The notes under the pieces were generated by a model. The model was not told where the DNA came from, made no database searches, and was given only the letters and a program-made list of their open reading frames with translations. A DNA stretch of 37,177 bases from Octopus bimaculoides (Eukaryota), in contig NC_068994.1 in NCBI RefSeq assembly GCF_001194135.2, positions 48,429,191 through 48,466,367 of the forward strand. The letters are read 5' to 3'. This document shows, one piece after another, positions 21,408-33,330 of the stretch (its first letter is position 1; the number at the start of each line of letters is the position of its first letter). Made by a program: the position numbers and the translations under genes.

Positions 21408-21601
21408 NNNNNNNNNNNNNNNNNNNNNNNNNNNNNNNNNNNNNNNNNNNNNNNNNNNNNNNNNNNNNNNNNNNNNNNNNNNNNNNNNNNNNNNNNNNNN
21501 NNNNNNNNNNNNNNNNNNNNNNNNNNNNNNNNNNNNNNNNNNNNNNNNNNNNNNNNNNNNNNNNNNNNNNNNNNNNNNNNNNNNNNNNNNNNNNNNNNNN
21601 N
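21408..21601. other. Assembly gap (other gaps at 23408-23460, 28252-28261, 30208-30217, 36017-36215)
   Basis: N runs; the three long ones begin in (TA)n tracts. Confidence 0.99.
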
Positions 21602-21643
21602 TTGCCAGCGCTGGTCAAACTGTCAAACCCATGCCATCATGGG

Positions 21644-21681
<38 letters not shown>

Positions 21682-21806
21682 ATGCCAAACTTTAGAATAT
21701 AATTCATCAGGTGAACTTCCACACAGATTTTGCCTTGCTCATTTTCACTCACAAGGGTTGGGTTAGTCTGAGGTTATAACAATAATAACCACTTACCCAA
21801 GATGTG

Positions 21807-21851
<45 letters not shown>

Positions 21852-21935
21852 TAAATAAATAAGAGCAGGGAATGTGACTTGTGCATGTATACCAAAGCTG
21901 CTCCATCTGTAGGTTTTTACTTCTTATATATGTAT

Positions 21936-22090
21936 AAGGGGGTAGTATCAATGGAAAATATGTGAAGTGGCAAATGCTGTGAATAAAAGAAATGCTCCTG
22001 TCGTATCAACACTGAAATGTATGTACAGGGTCATCTCTTTTATTCACAGCATTTGTCACTTCACATATTTTCTATTGATACTATCCCCTT
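21936..22090. mobile_element. Fold-back (MITE-like) element with 59-bp inverted arms
   Basis: 21936-21994 pairs with 22032-22090 at 55 of 59 positions. Confidence 0.8.
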
Positions 22091-22404
22091 TACACTTTGT
22101 CCAAAGTATTAATAAGTAATGACTCATTGCTTCCTGAATTTCATTGCCTATTCTTAGTCATCTTGGTCAGCCTGTCTAAAATCAGGTGACAAATAAGAAC
22201 AGCTCTTCTCTGTAGTTAAACTGTCTTCATTAACCTACACAGCATAACAGTAACCTTGTCAGACAGAGCCTTGTTACAACAAAGCATATTCCAACTATGT
22301 AATTTGTATAAATTTATGTTTTAAGGCAGTGCTCCAGCATGGCTGCAGACAAATGACTGAAACACATATAAGATAGAAGATAAGGTGTATATGTATATAT
22401 ATAT

Positions 22405-22600
22405 ATCATCATCATCATCATCGTCGTTTAACGTCCGCTTTCCATGCTAGCATGGGTTGGACGATTTGACTGAGGACTGGTGAAACCAGATGGCTACACC
22501 AGGCTCCAATCTGATTTGGCAGAGTTTCTACAGCTGGATGCCCTTCCTAACGCCAACCACTCAGGGAGTGTAGTGGGTGCTTTTACGTGCCACCCGCACG
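22405..22600 (-). mobile_element. Family C repeat with (CAT)n tail
   Basis: Reverse complement of the 7585 and 16250 copies; CpGs retained. Confidence 0.8.
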
Positions 22601-23376
22601 AATATACATGTGCTTCAAAAGAAAACAAACCAAAAAACCCGATGAAATATGTCAGCCGGGAATAAACTAACAGGGATTAATACCATATACACCGCCACAA
22701 CAGTAACTGTATTCAACTGAATAGACGTCAGTGATTGGTTGAAATTATCGAAATAAGACAATTTTTAACATGAAATAACTTTGAATACAAAAATTTTTAT
22801 CTGTTCTATAACACAAAATATACAAGTATACGAAGTTTGAAAGTGTTTCGGTACCAAGAACACTACATAAACATAAATGAAAAATGTTGCCCGTCAAACC
22901 AAAAAGATCCACTGTTACTGTGTAAGTTGGTGTTGGTATATATCTATTTATAGTTCTTGAAGTTTCTAATACCTAATATATTTCACTCCCTTAAACACCT
23001 CCTCCTGATATCTGCTATTTACCTATCTATAGTACATCAGTACTGCTTCATTCAATGTGCCCAAAAGTACAAAATTTAAACCTCAATAATTGGTATTCCT
23101 TAATTACATTTACATACATTTAATGACTTCATTCATACAACCTATAATTTATATGAACACGTTAATTTTTTTTTTTTGTTTTAAACCCATTAACTGTTTC
23201 TCACAGAATCATGCATTCAATTATATTCATTAGCTGATTCATTTTTCCTTGATTACTACAAATTCAGCAATTTGTTTACCAGGAAACAAAAACTCATCAT
23301 ATCGAGGCCAGTTTCTGTAGGCCAGTCGCTAATAAACTTATATAGGTGTGTCTGTGTGTGCACGCATATATGTGTG

Positions 23377-23407
<31 letters not shown>

Positions 23408-23467
23408 NNNNNNNNNNNNNNNNNNNNNNNNNNNNNNNNNNNNNNNNNNNNNNNNNNNNNATATATA

Positions 23468-23868
23468 TACTCTTTTACTTGTTTCAGTCATTTGACTGTA
23501 GCCATGCTGGGGCACCGCCTTTAGTCGAGCAAATTGACCCCAGGACTTATTCTTTGTAAGCCTAGTACTTATTCTATTGGTCTCTTTTTGCCGAACTGCT
23601 AAGTTACGGTGACGTAAACACACCAGCATCGGTTGTCAAGCGAAGTTGGGGGGGACAAACACAGACACACAAACATATACACACACACATACATATATAT
23701 GTATATATATACATATATACGATGGGCTTCTTTCAGTTTCCGTCTACCAAATCCACTCACAGGGCTTTGGTCGGCCTGAGGCTATAGTAGAAGACACTTG
23801 CCCAAAGTGCCACGCAGTAGGACTGAACCCGGGACCATGTGGTTGGTAAGCAAGCTATTTACCACACA
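23468..23868 (-). mobile_element. Family B SINE, full length, probably young
   Basis: Reverse complement of the 20497 copy; most CpGs intact. Confidence 0.9.
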
Positions 23869-24574
23869 AATATATATATATTTTTCCTTACTAACTCATA
23901 TATATATTCATTATAAGGGCATGCAAGGCACCTACCTGCTAGAAAGAAAAGTTAAAACCCTCATTTAAACCACCGATAACATTGAAAAATTCAACAGAAA
24001 ACCAACAGTAAGTGGGTGAACAGGTTAAATAATTTTGACATACCAAATACAGCTCAATGCTAAATATTTTGGTAGGTGGATACACTTGGATCAAGATTTC
24101 TAGTCCTGGTGAACAGCCTCAACTTTCATCAGGAAGTTTTACCGATTGAAAAAATTCTTCAACTCGTCATGTTGAATTTTGCTGGTGTTCAGAATTGTTT
24201 TGTGCCAAAATCAGAACAGCTTCCGTGTAAATATACTAATACAGAGTAAAAGGTATGAATATAAAGATGTATTTTCATAACTATACATGATTTATAAACA
24301 AATAAACAAGTAATTCATTCTCTGCAGCAACACAATCACAGTCATTATTGCGAGGCATGGCTGAGCACACATTTGTTCTGGGGTATGTGGCCCATTGCCC
24401 CCTCCCTCTCCATCTTCTGTTTTACCCTATCTTTTTCTTTTTTTTTCTTTTCTTTATTTCAGTTTTTTTCATGTTTTCTTTGTATTTAAATGTTATAAAT
24501 AAATGTTTGTCTAATTTTGCAAGATAACATATTTGGCAACAAATTAATTATTCTTTATTTTATTTCTATTTAAG

Positions 24575-25753
24575 GATGATCCCAAAGATGTCATTGATGG
24601 ATTTCAGTTTACATACAGGATCCGAGATTTGGAAAGGCCAAGGTTTTGGTACCTGAGCTTGGCAGCGTGTCATCGGAATAATGGTCAGAACAGCCAGAAC
24701 AAGAGTGTGCAGTGCAAATGGATGCAGTCACCAAAAGGCATTGAAATAGCTTATGACATCTGGCTGGTGAATGGACACCCGTCAATGAAGCATATTAACC
24801 CTTTTGAGCACCAGTTTTCATTTGAGCTTCATGATGTTGCTGAGATCTATCTGATCGCACTGCTGTTGTACTGTATCCTCTTTGGCACCTGGTTACGGGC
24901 CTACAACAAATTAATCAAGCACCCAGTTACGAAGCTGCTGACACTGACAATCGTTCTTGAGATGGTGGGGATTCTGCTCAATTGCATTCATGTCATCAAG
25001 TTTGCCTTTGATGGGGTCGGTGTGAATTGGTTGTCAGTGGTAGGAAATGGCATTGATGTGCTCTCCGAGTGTCTCTTCATGCTGCTTGTACTTGTAATCG
25101 CAAAAGGATGGGCCATCACAAATATGTATCTTGAAGGTAAATGGGTGATATTCTCTATTTGGGGTCTCTACACAGTCCTCAATGCTGTCTTGTTTGTGTG
25201 GAACCTGACTGAAATCGACATTATTTCAAACACTGGTGAGTGGCATACCGGCCCTGGCTATCTGACCCTTGTCTTTCGTCTCACTATTATGCTCTGGTTC
25301 CTCTATGAGCTACGTTGGACATTCCTAAATGACCCACAGTCAAAGCGTTTGCTGTTCTTCCAACACTTTGGCGCTGGTATTCTTGTCTGGTTCGTCTACT
25401 TACCTGTTCTTGTCATGGTCAGCTTACAAATATCAGCACTGTGGCGCTACAAGACTATTCTCAGCATCTCATTTGCTGCTAATTTCCTCTCTGCTGTCTG
25501 CATTGTCCATCTTCTCTGGCCATCACATTCTGTTCTCTATCTGATCAAACAGGACGAATTGATTGGAGACTATGAAATGGAAGTGACTGGCTTCCTGGAA
25601 GAGCCAGAGAATTCTTTAGTACAAGAGGAAATCCTTGACGAGGAACCATTTGAGAAACATTCTAAAAAACAAGATAGTTCTTCATTATTGAAAACTCTGT
25701 CAAAAAACAATGGACAAGCTCCATCAGAGGATAAGGAACTTCTACTTGATTGA
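24575..25753 (+). CDS. GPR180-like: GPR180/TMEM145-family (GOST) protein, coding exon 2: end of lumenal domain, seven TM helices, acidic C-tail, stop
   Basis: 392 codons plus TGA. RPRFWYLSLAAC; YDIWLVNG...NPFEHQFSFE; seven hydrophobic segments including the family-typical LLVLVIAKGWAI and WHTGPGY; C-terminal EDKELLLD. Confidence 0.93.
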   Translation, partial: DDPKDVIDGFQFTYRIRDLERPRFWYLSLAACHRNNGQNSQNKSVQCKWMQSPKGIEIAYDIWLVNGHPSMKHINPFEHQFSFELHDVAEIYLIALLLYCILFGTWLRAYNKLIKHPVTKLLTLTIVLEMVGILLNCIHVIKFAFDGVGVNWLSVVGNGIDVLSECLFMLLVLVIAKGWAITNMYLEGKWVIFSIWGLYTVLNAVLFVWNLTEIDIISNTGEWHTGPGYLTLVFRLTIMLWFLYELRWTFLNDPQSKRLLFFQHFGAGILVWFVYLPVLVMVSLQISALWRYKTILSISFAANFLSAVCIVHLLWPSHSVLYLIKQDELIGDYEMEVTGFLEEPENSLVQEEILDEEPFEKHSKKQDSSSLLKTLSKNNGQAPSEDKELLLD

Positions 25754-26199
25754 CATTGTTCTCTTTGGTTTTTTTCCTTATTTTTCTTTCTCCAACCCAA
25801 CATAATTTATTTATGATGAAAATTCTTGTGTTTTGTTTACCTCATTAACAAGTGGTAATTATGTATTATTATTAAATTTCCAAACCTTTGTTTCCATCAA
25901 ATTCCTACTGCTGACAAATTTTTAAAATTGATGTATTTTTTTTTTGTTTAATTCAGACGACATTCCAAAAAATGGTAGAAGCCAGTAAATTATGTGTGTG
26001 TGTGTACGTACAGACAAACATAAATATATATACGTGTACACATGCAGAAATGAGTGAACAATTGAAAGTAGCACTCAACACATCTGGTTAGAGTTACATG
26101 TATTTAATAACATTAACTCAGCTTCACATAACTTAAAGTTTTGTGGGCATGTAGAACATATCTGTCTTATCAGATGTTTAGAGGTAGAGTTTACTTCCG

Positions 26200-26690
26200 A
26201 CTGCTTCCAAACATCTGGTGAGAGGGATGTATTGATGTGCCCACAAAGCATTAAGTTATGTAGAATTGAGCCAAATTCCACTCCACCTTTTGTATCTCCA
26301 TTGCTTGCAGTGGGCACACTGTATGGGATACCTGCCTACACCTCTCCCATTTATTAAACAGGGCTATTTACCTGAAGGGAGTAGAGTCCTGTCTGTTTTC
26401 TTGCTTACTAGAACTTTGGTCTTGGCTAAGTTAACTCTAAGGCCTTTTGATTCCAGGTTTTGGTTCCACATCTGGAATTTTCTTTTCTAATTCTATTACA
26501 GATTCTGCTATAAGAAAAAGGTCATCAGGATATAGCAGTCCTCAAGAGTAGCCAGTCTTAAATTTCTGTTATGGCCAGGAGAACAGTAATGAATAGAAGG
26601 GTACTTGGAATTGAGTCGTAGCAAACCCCTACCTGTACTCTAAATTCATTGCTGTATTCATGGCTAACTCTCACCTCACTGACAACTGGT
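26200..26690 (-). mobile_element. RTE-clade LINE reverse transcriptase fragment
   Basis: Minus strand with breaks: EVRVSHEYSNEFRVQVGV...STLLFITVL..ITE.FKTG...LLYPDDLFLIAES...LESKGLRVNLAKTKVLVS...CAHCKQW. Confidence 0.85.
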
Positions 26691-26950
26691 GTGTCTAAGT
26701 GGCTAAGAAGCTTGCTTCCTAACCATGTCACCTTGGGTTCAGTTCCACTGTATGGCACCTTGGGCAAGTGTCTTCTACAAAAGCCCTGGGCTTGGCTGTG
26801 TGGTAAGAAGTTTATTTCCTTCCTAATCACATGGTTACAAGGTCTATCACACTGTGTGATACCTTGGGCAAGTGTCTTTATTATAGCATTGGATCAACAA
26901 AAGGCTTGTGAGTGGATTTGGTAGATGGAAACTGAAAGAAGCCTGTGGCA
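26690..26950 (+). mobile_element. Family B SINE with tandemly duplicated head
   Basis: The head motif (..gtggtaagaag...ccttgggcaagtgtctt) occurs twice in succession. Confidence 0.75.
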
Positions 26951-27227
26951 TGTATACGTATGCATGTATGTATGTCTGTGTGTGTGTGTGTGTGTGAGTG
27001 CATGTCCTTACTTGCTTAAAGCCACAGCAATTGTGTACTCAGTGTGTGTGCGTGTGCGTGTTTTATTGTATTTGTGTAATGTTACATAACTATTTTTTTT
27101 TTTTTTTTTCAATCTCCCTTCCTATTGTTTTGAAATTCACAAGGGAAAATATGATTAAATGAGAACAACAATTAAAATTTTGTAACTAACAGTAATTAAA
27201 AGGTCAAAATGTTGCCAACAGTTGTAT

Positions 27228-27229
<2 letters not shown>

Positions 27230-27302
<73 letters not shown>
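27230..27302. repeat. (CA)n microsatellite
   Basis: Directly visible. Confidence 0.95.
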
Positions 27303-27304
<2 letters not shown>

Positions 27305-27504
27305 ACATAATTATGCAATCAGCCTTCATAACATGCTCCAGCATGGTTCGATTCTAGTAAAGATAAGTTCAAGGAGTGAATGTGACTATATATAACAATG
27401 TAAGTCCGTTTAACATGTGTCCACATGTGACATGTAACCACATATAATAATGTTACTACAGGTAACAATACATTATGACAACATGTATATGTAATAATGT
27501 TGCA

Positions 27505-27745
27505 CATGGCTTCATGGCTAAGAAGCTTGCTTTGCAACCATGTGGTTTTGGGTTCAGTCCCACTGCCTGGAACCTTGGCCAAATGTCTTCTTCGATGGTC
27601 CCAGACTGACCCAATGCCTTCTGAGTGAATTTGGTAGATGGCAACTATAGGGAAGCCTCTGTGTGTGTGTGTGTGTGTGTGCGTGCGTGCATATGCATAG
27701 CTGTGTGGTTGGGAAGCAAGCTTTTTACCACACAGCTATGCCTCA
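27505..27745 (+). mobile_element. Family B SINE head followed by an inverted head fragment
   Basis: catggctaagaagcttgc...gggttcagtccc...aactatagggaagcc, (TG)n, then ggttgggaagcaagctttttaccacacagc. Confidence 0.7.
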
Positions 27746-28173
27746 TGATTTTAATTCCCTTTTGGTATTATCTAATGGTTTTAACTCCTTTTTTGGTATT
27801 ATCTCCTTGTTTTTTTGTTTTTTTTTTAATTGTTGCTTTATTGAATATTTCAACTCCACGTCCACTGCACTCTCACTATTTGCTGCGGAGTTTACTTTTT
27901 CTTCTTTTTATTTATTTTTCTACTTGTTTTTTTTTTTTTTATTACGACAGTTGACACCTCTCACTTGTAATAGCTTCTTCATATTCTGTAATGAAGTTTC
28001 AAATCTCTATTCGAAACCACTGCAATTCACACCATTCAAACAATACATAGAGTGTAAAATAGTATTAAATCTTCAAAGTTATCATTCTAAAATAACAGTA
28101 AAAAAATTCTATAATACCAATCCTTTTTGACCTAACCTCAAATTCCTGGCCTTATGCCTATATTAGAAAAAAA

Positions 28174-28204
<31 letters not shown>

Positions 28205-28261
28205 TTATTGTCTTGCACAGCTTCTAATGCTAAGATGTACTACGGTGTCAGNNNNNNNNNN

Positions 28262-28430
28262 TTTATTGTCTTGCACAGCTTCTAATGCTAAGATGTACTA
28301 CGGTGTCAGCTGTTCACTACCAGTGAACTAAGGTAACACCCCTTATCTTTCGAGCACCTCCGGAAGTATTCGAGCAGTTCCAAGCAGTGCTGTTTTCTGC
28401 AAGTGCTCCTCCCTTATTGCAGCTCCTATT
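28262..28430 (-). mobile_element. Second Dong/R4 3'-end copy, flanked by (ATT)n
   Basis: Reverse complement aligns to 2078-2240 (IREEHLQKTALLGTARIL..VLER* plus 3'UTR). Confidence 0.85.
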
Positions 28431-28438
28431 TATTATTA

Positions 28439-28491
<53 letters not shown>

Positions 28492-28504
28492 TATCATTAT
28501 TATT

Positions 28505-28702
28505 AAGGTGGTAAGCTGGGAGAATCATTAGCACACTGACCAAAGTATTTAGTGGTATTTTATCTCACTTTATGTTCTGAGTTCAAATTCCACCTAGGTT
28601 GATGAAATCCTTTCGGGGTTGATAAAATAAGTACCAGTTGAGCACTGGGATTGATGTAATTGACTTACCCCTTTCCTTAAAATTGCTGGCCTTGTGCCAA
28701 AA
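28505..28702 (+). mobile_element. SINE-like family A with (ATT)n tail
   Basis: Aligns with the other A copies; small internal deletion. Confidence 0.8.
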
Positions 28703-28749
28703 TTATTATTATTATTATTGTTATTATTATTATTATTATTAATAATAAT

Positions 28750-28991
28750 AAGGCGGTGAGCTGGCAGAATCGTTAGTATGCTGGGCAGGTTGCTTAGCAG
28801 CATTTCGTCCATCCTTACATTCTGAGATCAAATTCTGCTGAGGTTGACTTTACCTTTCATCCTTTGAGGTCAATGAAATAAGTACCCGTTGAGCACTGAG
28901 GTTAATGTAATCAACTAGCCCCCTTTCCAAAATTTCAGGCCTTGTGCTTATAATAGAAAGGATTATTATTATTATTATTATTATTATTATT
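28750..28991 (+). mobile_element. SINE-like family A, full length, with (ATT)n tail
   Basis: aaggcggtgagctggcagaatcgttag...ggccttgtgc..ataatagaaagg(att)n. Confidence 0.85.
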
Positions 28992-29721
28992 GTGTATGCT
29001 TTTATGCACCAAGCACCTATATGAGAAGATTTCTCATGGCTAATAATGCAGTATTCAGTGTTCTCACATGACGACCAAGTTTAGTTGGATATAAAGATTA
29101 CCTTTCAGTATTAAAACTGCTTCCATCACTAATAATTAATTCTTTTTATTATTATCAATGAAGTAATTATACCTCTTACCCCTCTGTAAAATATTGGTCT
29201 TGCACCCCGGAAATCAATAATTTCTTGATCATCATTTGACATCTGCAATTTTATATATATATGTATGAATTTTATATTCTTGATACCACACTATTTCTCC
29301 CTACCTCCTAATTTTTTTTTCTAAACCTTCAGTATACTACAAGCGATGTTTGACACTACAAATCCTATTATCCTACTTTTAAAAATGTCATTGTGTTATG
29401 CTATACAATTTGCTATCTGAATTGTCAACAAAATTTAATTTCAATGTTTTTCACTCTGGTTTCAGTGTCACTTGTATTTTTTAAGCAAACAATCAGATTT
29501 ATTTATATTCACTGCTGCTTGTCCCCCGTTGTTTCATTGTCGCATTGATAGACTGATAAGTCTTCAAAACTCAAAGTCATTGGTAAACATGGCACAGTTA
29601 CTTTTGGTACCAACCCTTTCCTTAATTACTGTGTGGGATTTTGCCTGACTACAGGAGAGCTTCAGTTTAATACTGCACATCAACAAAACGCTCTACACTC
29701 ATATATACATGTGTGTATGGA

Positions 29722-29752
<31 letters not shown>

Positions 29753-30688
29753 ATGTATATATATATATATATATATATATAGTATCTTTGCTTGTACCAC
29801 TTCTATACACTTTTTTTCAGTGAATGTTAATGCAATTGTATGCACCTTTTTGCATTATTACTAGAAACATCATCAGAAGAAAGGGACAAATTGTCGTGTC
29901 ACCAGTGCTGCAGAACAAATTGCTATGTCTTGTCAATGCCCAGAGGAAATACAGAGACTTCTGTGTTTATGTAGTGTATTTTAAGAGAAATCAGTTTGGA
30001 GGTGACCATTTCTCTCCAAAAACCAAACGTAGCTATAGGCAAATATGAGCTTAGTATTGCAAACTTACAAAGACTTCAGCAGTTTTCTGCTATTGTTGCT
30101 CATAGCAAGTACTTCCTATCCAGTGGAACCTATACAGCTAGGTGGACTGGGCTCTTGACAATGATGTGTTTTGTGATCATGGCCACAGTGCTGTACTGGT
30201 GTCAGGANNNNNNNNNNTCATAGCAAGTACTTCCTATCCAGTGGAACCTATACAGCTAGGTGGACTGGGCTCTTGACAATGATGTGTTTTGTGATCATGG
30301 CCACAGTGCTGTACTGGTGTCAGGATGTAAAACCTTGGCTGGCTGAACGTTTCAATATCCACTGAACTGATTTAGACAGCTATACTCTTTGGATTGCAAA
30401 ATTATGCTTTTATTGCATTAACTAGCACACTATGTGTCGATAAACCCTTAATATAACAAGTGACTATAAACCATTCTTTAGCCCATATCTCTTGGCAGCA
30501 ATGTTTTGTTAAATTTATGAGATCTCCATTTTCTGTTACATACTGCTAACGCACCTTTACAGTTGCTTGTTAACACTTTTCAGGTCCATACTTGTTGTCT
30601 TATATATTGTTGAATGTTGATAAATTCTTCAGGCCTTTTACTGATAATGTACCCTTTTTTATGCCCTGTATCTTTTATACATGTTTAA

Positions 30689-31297
30689 CCCTTTAGCATT
30701 TAATACAACTTATAGTGTTAGATATGTTCATGATGTATTAATGTTTTAAACAATGAGAACTAACCAGGTAAGGCCAGTTTGATTAGGTGGCTTGATTTGG
30801 TTGGCTTTAGGCATGCTTAAAAAGATTAAAATTGGGTTTGCCAAAGCAGTTAGAGTGGTGTATCTTGTCTCAGGTTTAACTTTTCAGCATTCCTAATAGT
30901 TTTACTCTACTTTGCTTAAGCAAGCACAGCATTAATCACTTTTGCATCCCTAAAAACGTTATCAGTTTGTTGGCATCAGACGTGTACCTAAAAATGATGA
31001 AATGATAAGAAAAAGAAGACACTCTGTGAGACTTGGTCAACTATTTTCTCCTGTAGCACTAAAAGTTATATTTCCATTTCATCTAACCATTATTAATCTA
31101 TTGCTAGACGAAAGCCACATCATGCTGCTGCCAGCCCATCTATGTTGGTTATCCTAACTGTAACAAATACTCCCATGGCTACGCTCTGGCCATTAGTACA
31201 TGAAAGTTCCATGTGTACAGTGCTAGCTTTAGCACTATTTTAATCAACTGTGCTGTCACTATGATGGTCATAATTGACCAGTTTGAATGTTAAAGGG
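30689..31297. mobile_element. TTAA-flanked (piggyBac-type) non-autonomous element, 609 bp
   Basis: TTAA|CCCTTTAGCATTTAA ... TTTGAATGTTAAAGGG|TTAA. Same termini as 8350-8570 with a different interior. Confidence 0.7.
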
Positions 31298-32121
31298 TTA
31301 AAAACAAAATGTGATTTCTTTTTTCATCTGTTGTTTGCACACTGCTGCAGGTGAGGGCTGTATTGCATTTATATATTAAGAAACAAAGAAATGTTTGCCT
31401 TCTGTGAGATGAAAAAGGGAGGGGAGGGGTTAACATTTTTCTTTTCTCAATTTAAAAAAAAAAAAATTCTTTTTTACTGCCATTTTGGAACTGCTTTAGC
31501 TTTTTAGACTTTATACTAAATGCTATTTGAATTGTTGTGAGCTTCTTTCTATGTGCCAGATGAGACGAGCTCTTCCAATACGTCTATGTCAAAGACAAGC
31601 ACTTTTGATACCAAGTGTAGTGTAAAGGATTCTCCTACAAAAAGTTCTTTCTGCAACTTCCCCTAATCACAACCTGAAGCTTATGATTAGAAGTTGCACA
31701 AAGACCTGGTCCTGAGATGAAGGCTCTCCCAAACAAGCTTTCAGGATTGAGTTCTCCCACTCACAAACTACATATGAATACTGTGTATTCCTTTAATTTG
31801 AGGAATTTTGTTTTTCCTTCTTGATTTCTTGAACAAAACAATGAGTCTTTTTTTTTTTTAAATGTGATTTGTGACATTGTCATTTCTGTTACAATATAAT
31901 TATTCTTTCTTGTTCTTTCTGTTTTTCTCTCTTATCTTCTTTCTTTGTATTCTTCAGACTTGGTGACAGTGTCTCTAATAAAGACCTTTGCAAACACATG
32001 CACGTTCATGCATGCATATACATTTACATGCACACATTCTTGCATGCATGCACATTCACATATGAACGTCCACACACAATTGCCAGAATAAAAATTTTGC
32101 AATACAAGTGTATAATGTGTA

Positions 32122-32127
<6 letters not shown>

Positions 32128-32180
<53 letters not shown>
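32128..32180. repeat. (TG)n microsatellite
   Basis: Directly visible. Confidence 0.95.
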
Positions 32181-32184
<4 letters not shown>

Positions 32185-33194
32185 GTGTATTTAAAAAAAT
32201 ATATTATAAACTTTATATGCATGTCTTGTGAATTACGAGAATATTAAGAAATTTGAGATTGAAAAACAACAAATGTAAATCAATAGTTGCATGAGAGAAA
32301 AGATGTATGTCTCCTCTGGTATGAATGATGACATGTTTGGTTAGTAAGAGGGCAGTGACTTGATTTGCATCAGTGTGTACATTGGTGTTACTTTACAATG
32401 GTTTCATACTCAGAATACTGTTAATAAATATATAACATTATATATAATTACAAACAAGAAGAATGAAGTAGGCAAGTCTTTTTATTGCATCAATTTACAA
32501 TTGTTTCATCTGCATGAAATCTCATCAATCTTGCTATATTACGTAATAGTATAGTCAACTATTGATTTTTGAGGTCTCATTGAAATAACACATACTGGAA
32601 CTGAATCAGAATTATGTACAAAAGTCATTTGCTATGGGAACTTATCAAGAATTTATATACATATTTTAAGTCATGTTTACATGATTATATTTACATATTA
32701 CAAACAAAACAAAAAAAACACTGGTTTAACTGGTCAAGGAAGAATGATAAATAGAAAAAAGAAATACAGAAAAGAAAGAAGTAGAAAAAAAGAGCTTTTG
32801 TTTTCAGGCGCTATAAAAAATTATTGGCTTGTTAAGTTTCTATATTAGCAAAAGGATTTTATAACTGTATTCTTCAATAACATTTTATTGTTCTTAAAGT
32901 ATACTTATTCCATCAGCTATTTAGAAAGATATAGAAAATGCATACACACAGATGTTTTCAATTCTTTATATACCATGTCTTATTAAGTAGAAAAAGAATG
33001 GATTAAATTAATATACACACAGGCTTGAAGGTTAATTTCTGTGTATTTATGCACACAAATCAAAAATTAAAAAAAAATTCTCCATTTTAACATTCATTCT
33101 AATGGACTCGGTTATATTTTCAAATTCGTAGGATATTCTGTTATAAAAAATATATGTAAATATAATGATACTCCAGCAGATATATTTATTAATG

Positions 33195-33330
33195 GTATGT
33201 ACACCTACATCCACACCATGCAGGTCTCTCAGGCATTTTAGAAGGATATTGAAGAGCTGTGGGCCCTTGAAACGCAAGCTGTTGCAGTATCTGTCCTGTA
33301 TTTTGATGACAGTGCTGGGATATTTGGCAC
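33195..33330 (-). mobile_element. LINE ORF2 C-terminal fragment (CR1/L2/Jockey group)
   Basis: YCNSLRFKGPQLFNILLKCLRDLHGVDV resembles the NS(F/L)xxxGPxLFNxLPxxIR motif at the end of such ORF2 proteins. Confidence 0.6.

Noticed and set aside
24085-24135. CUGAUGA...GAAA on the minus strand as a hammerhead
   Set aside because: No convincing stem II or stem I pairing.
28204-28309. 48-bp tandem duplication
   Set aside because: Identical copies sit either side of a 10-N gap, typical of an unmerged contig overlap.
30100-30325. 108-bp tandem duplication
   Set aside because: Identical copies flank a 10-N gap; assembly artefact.
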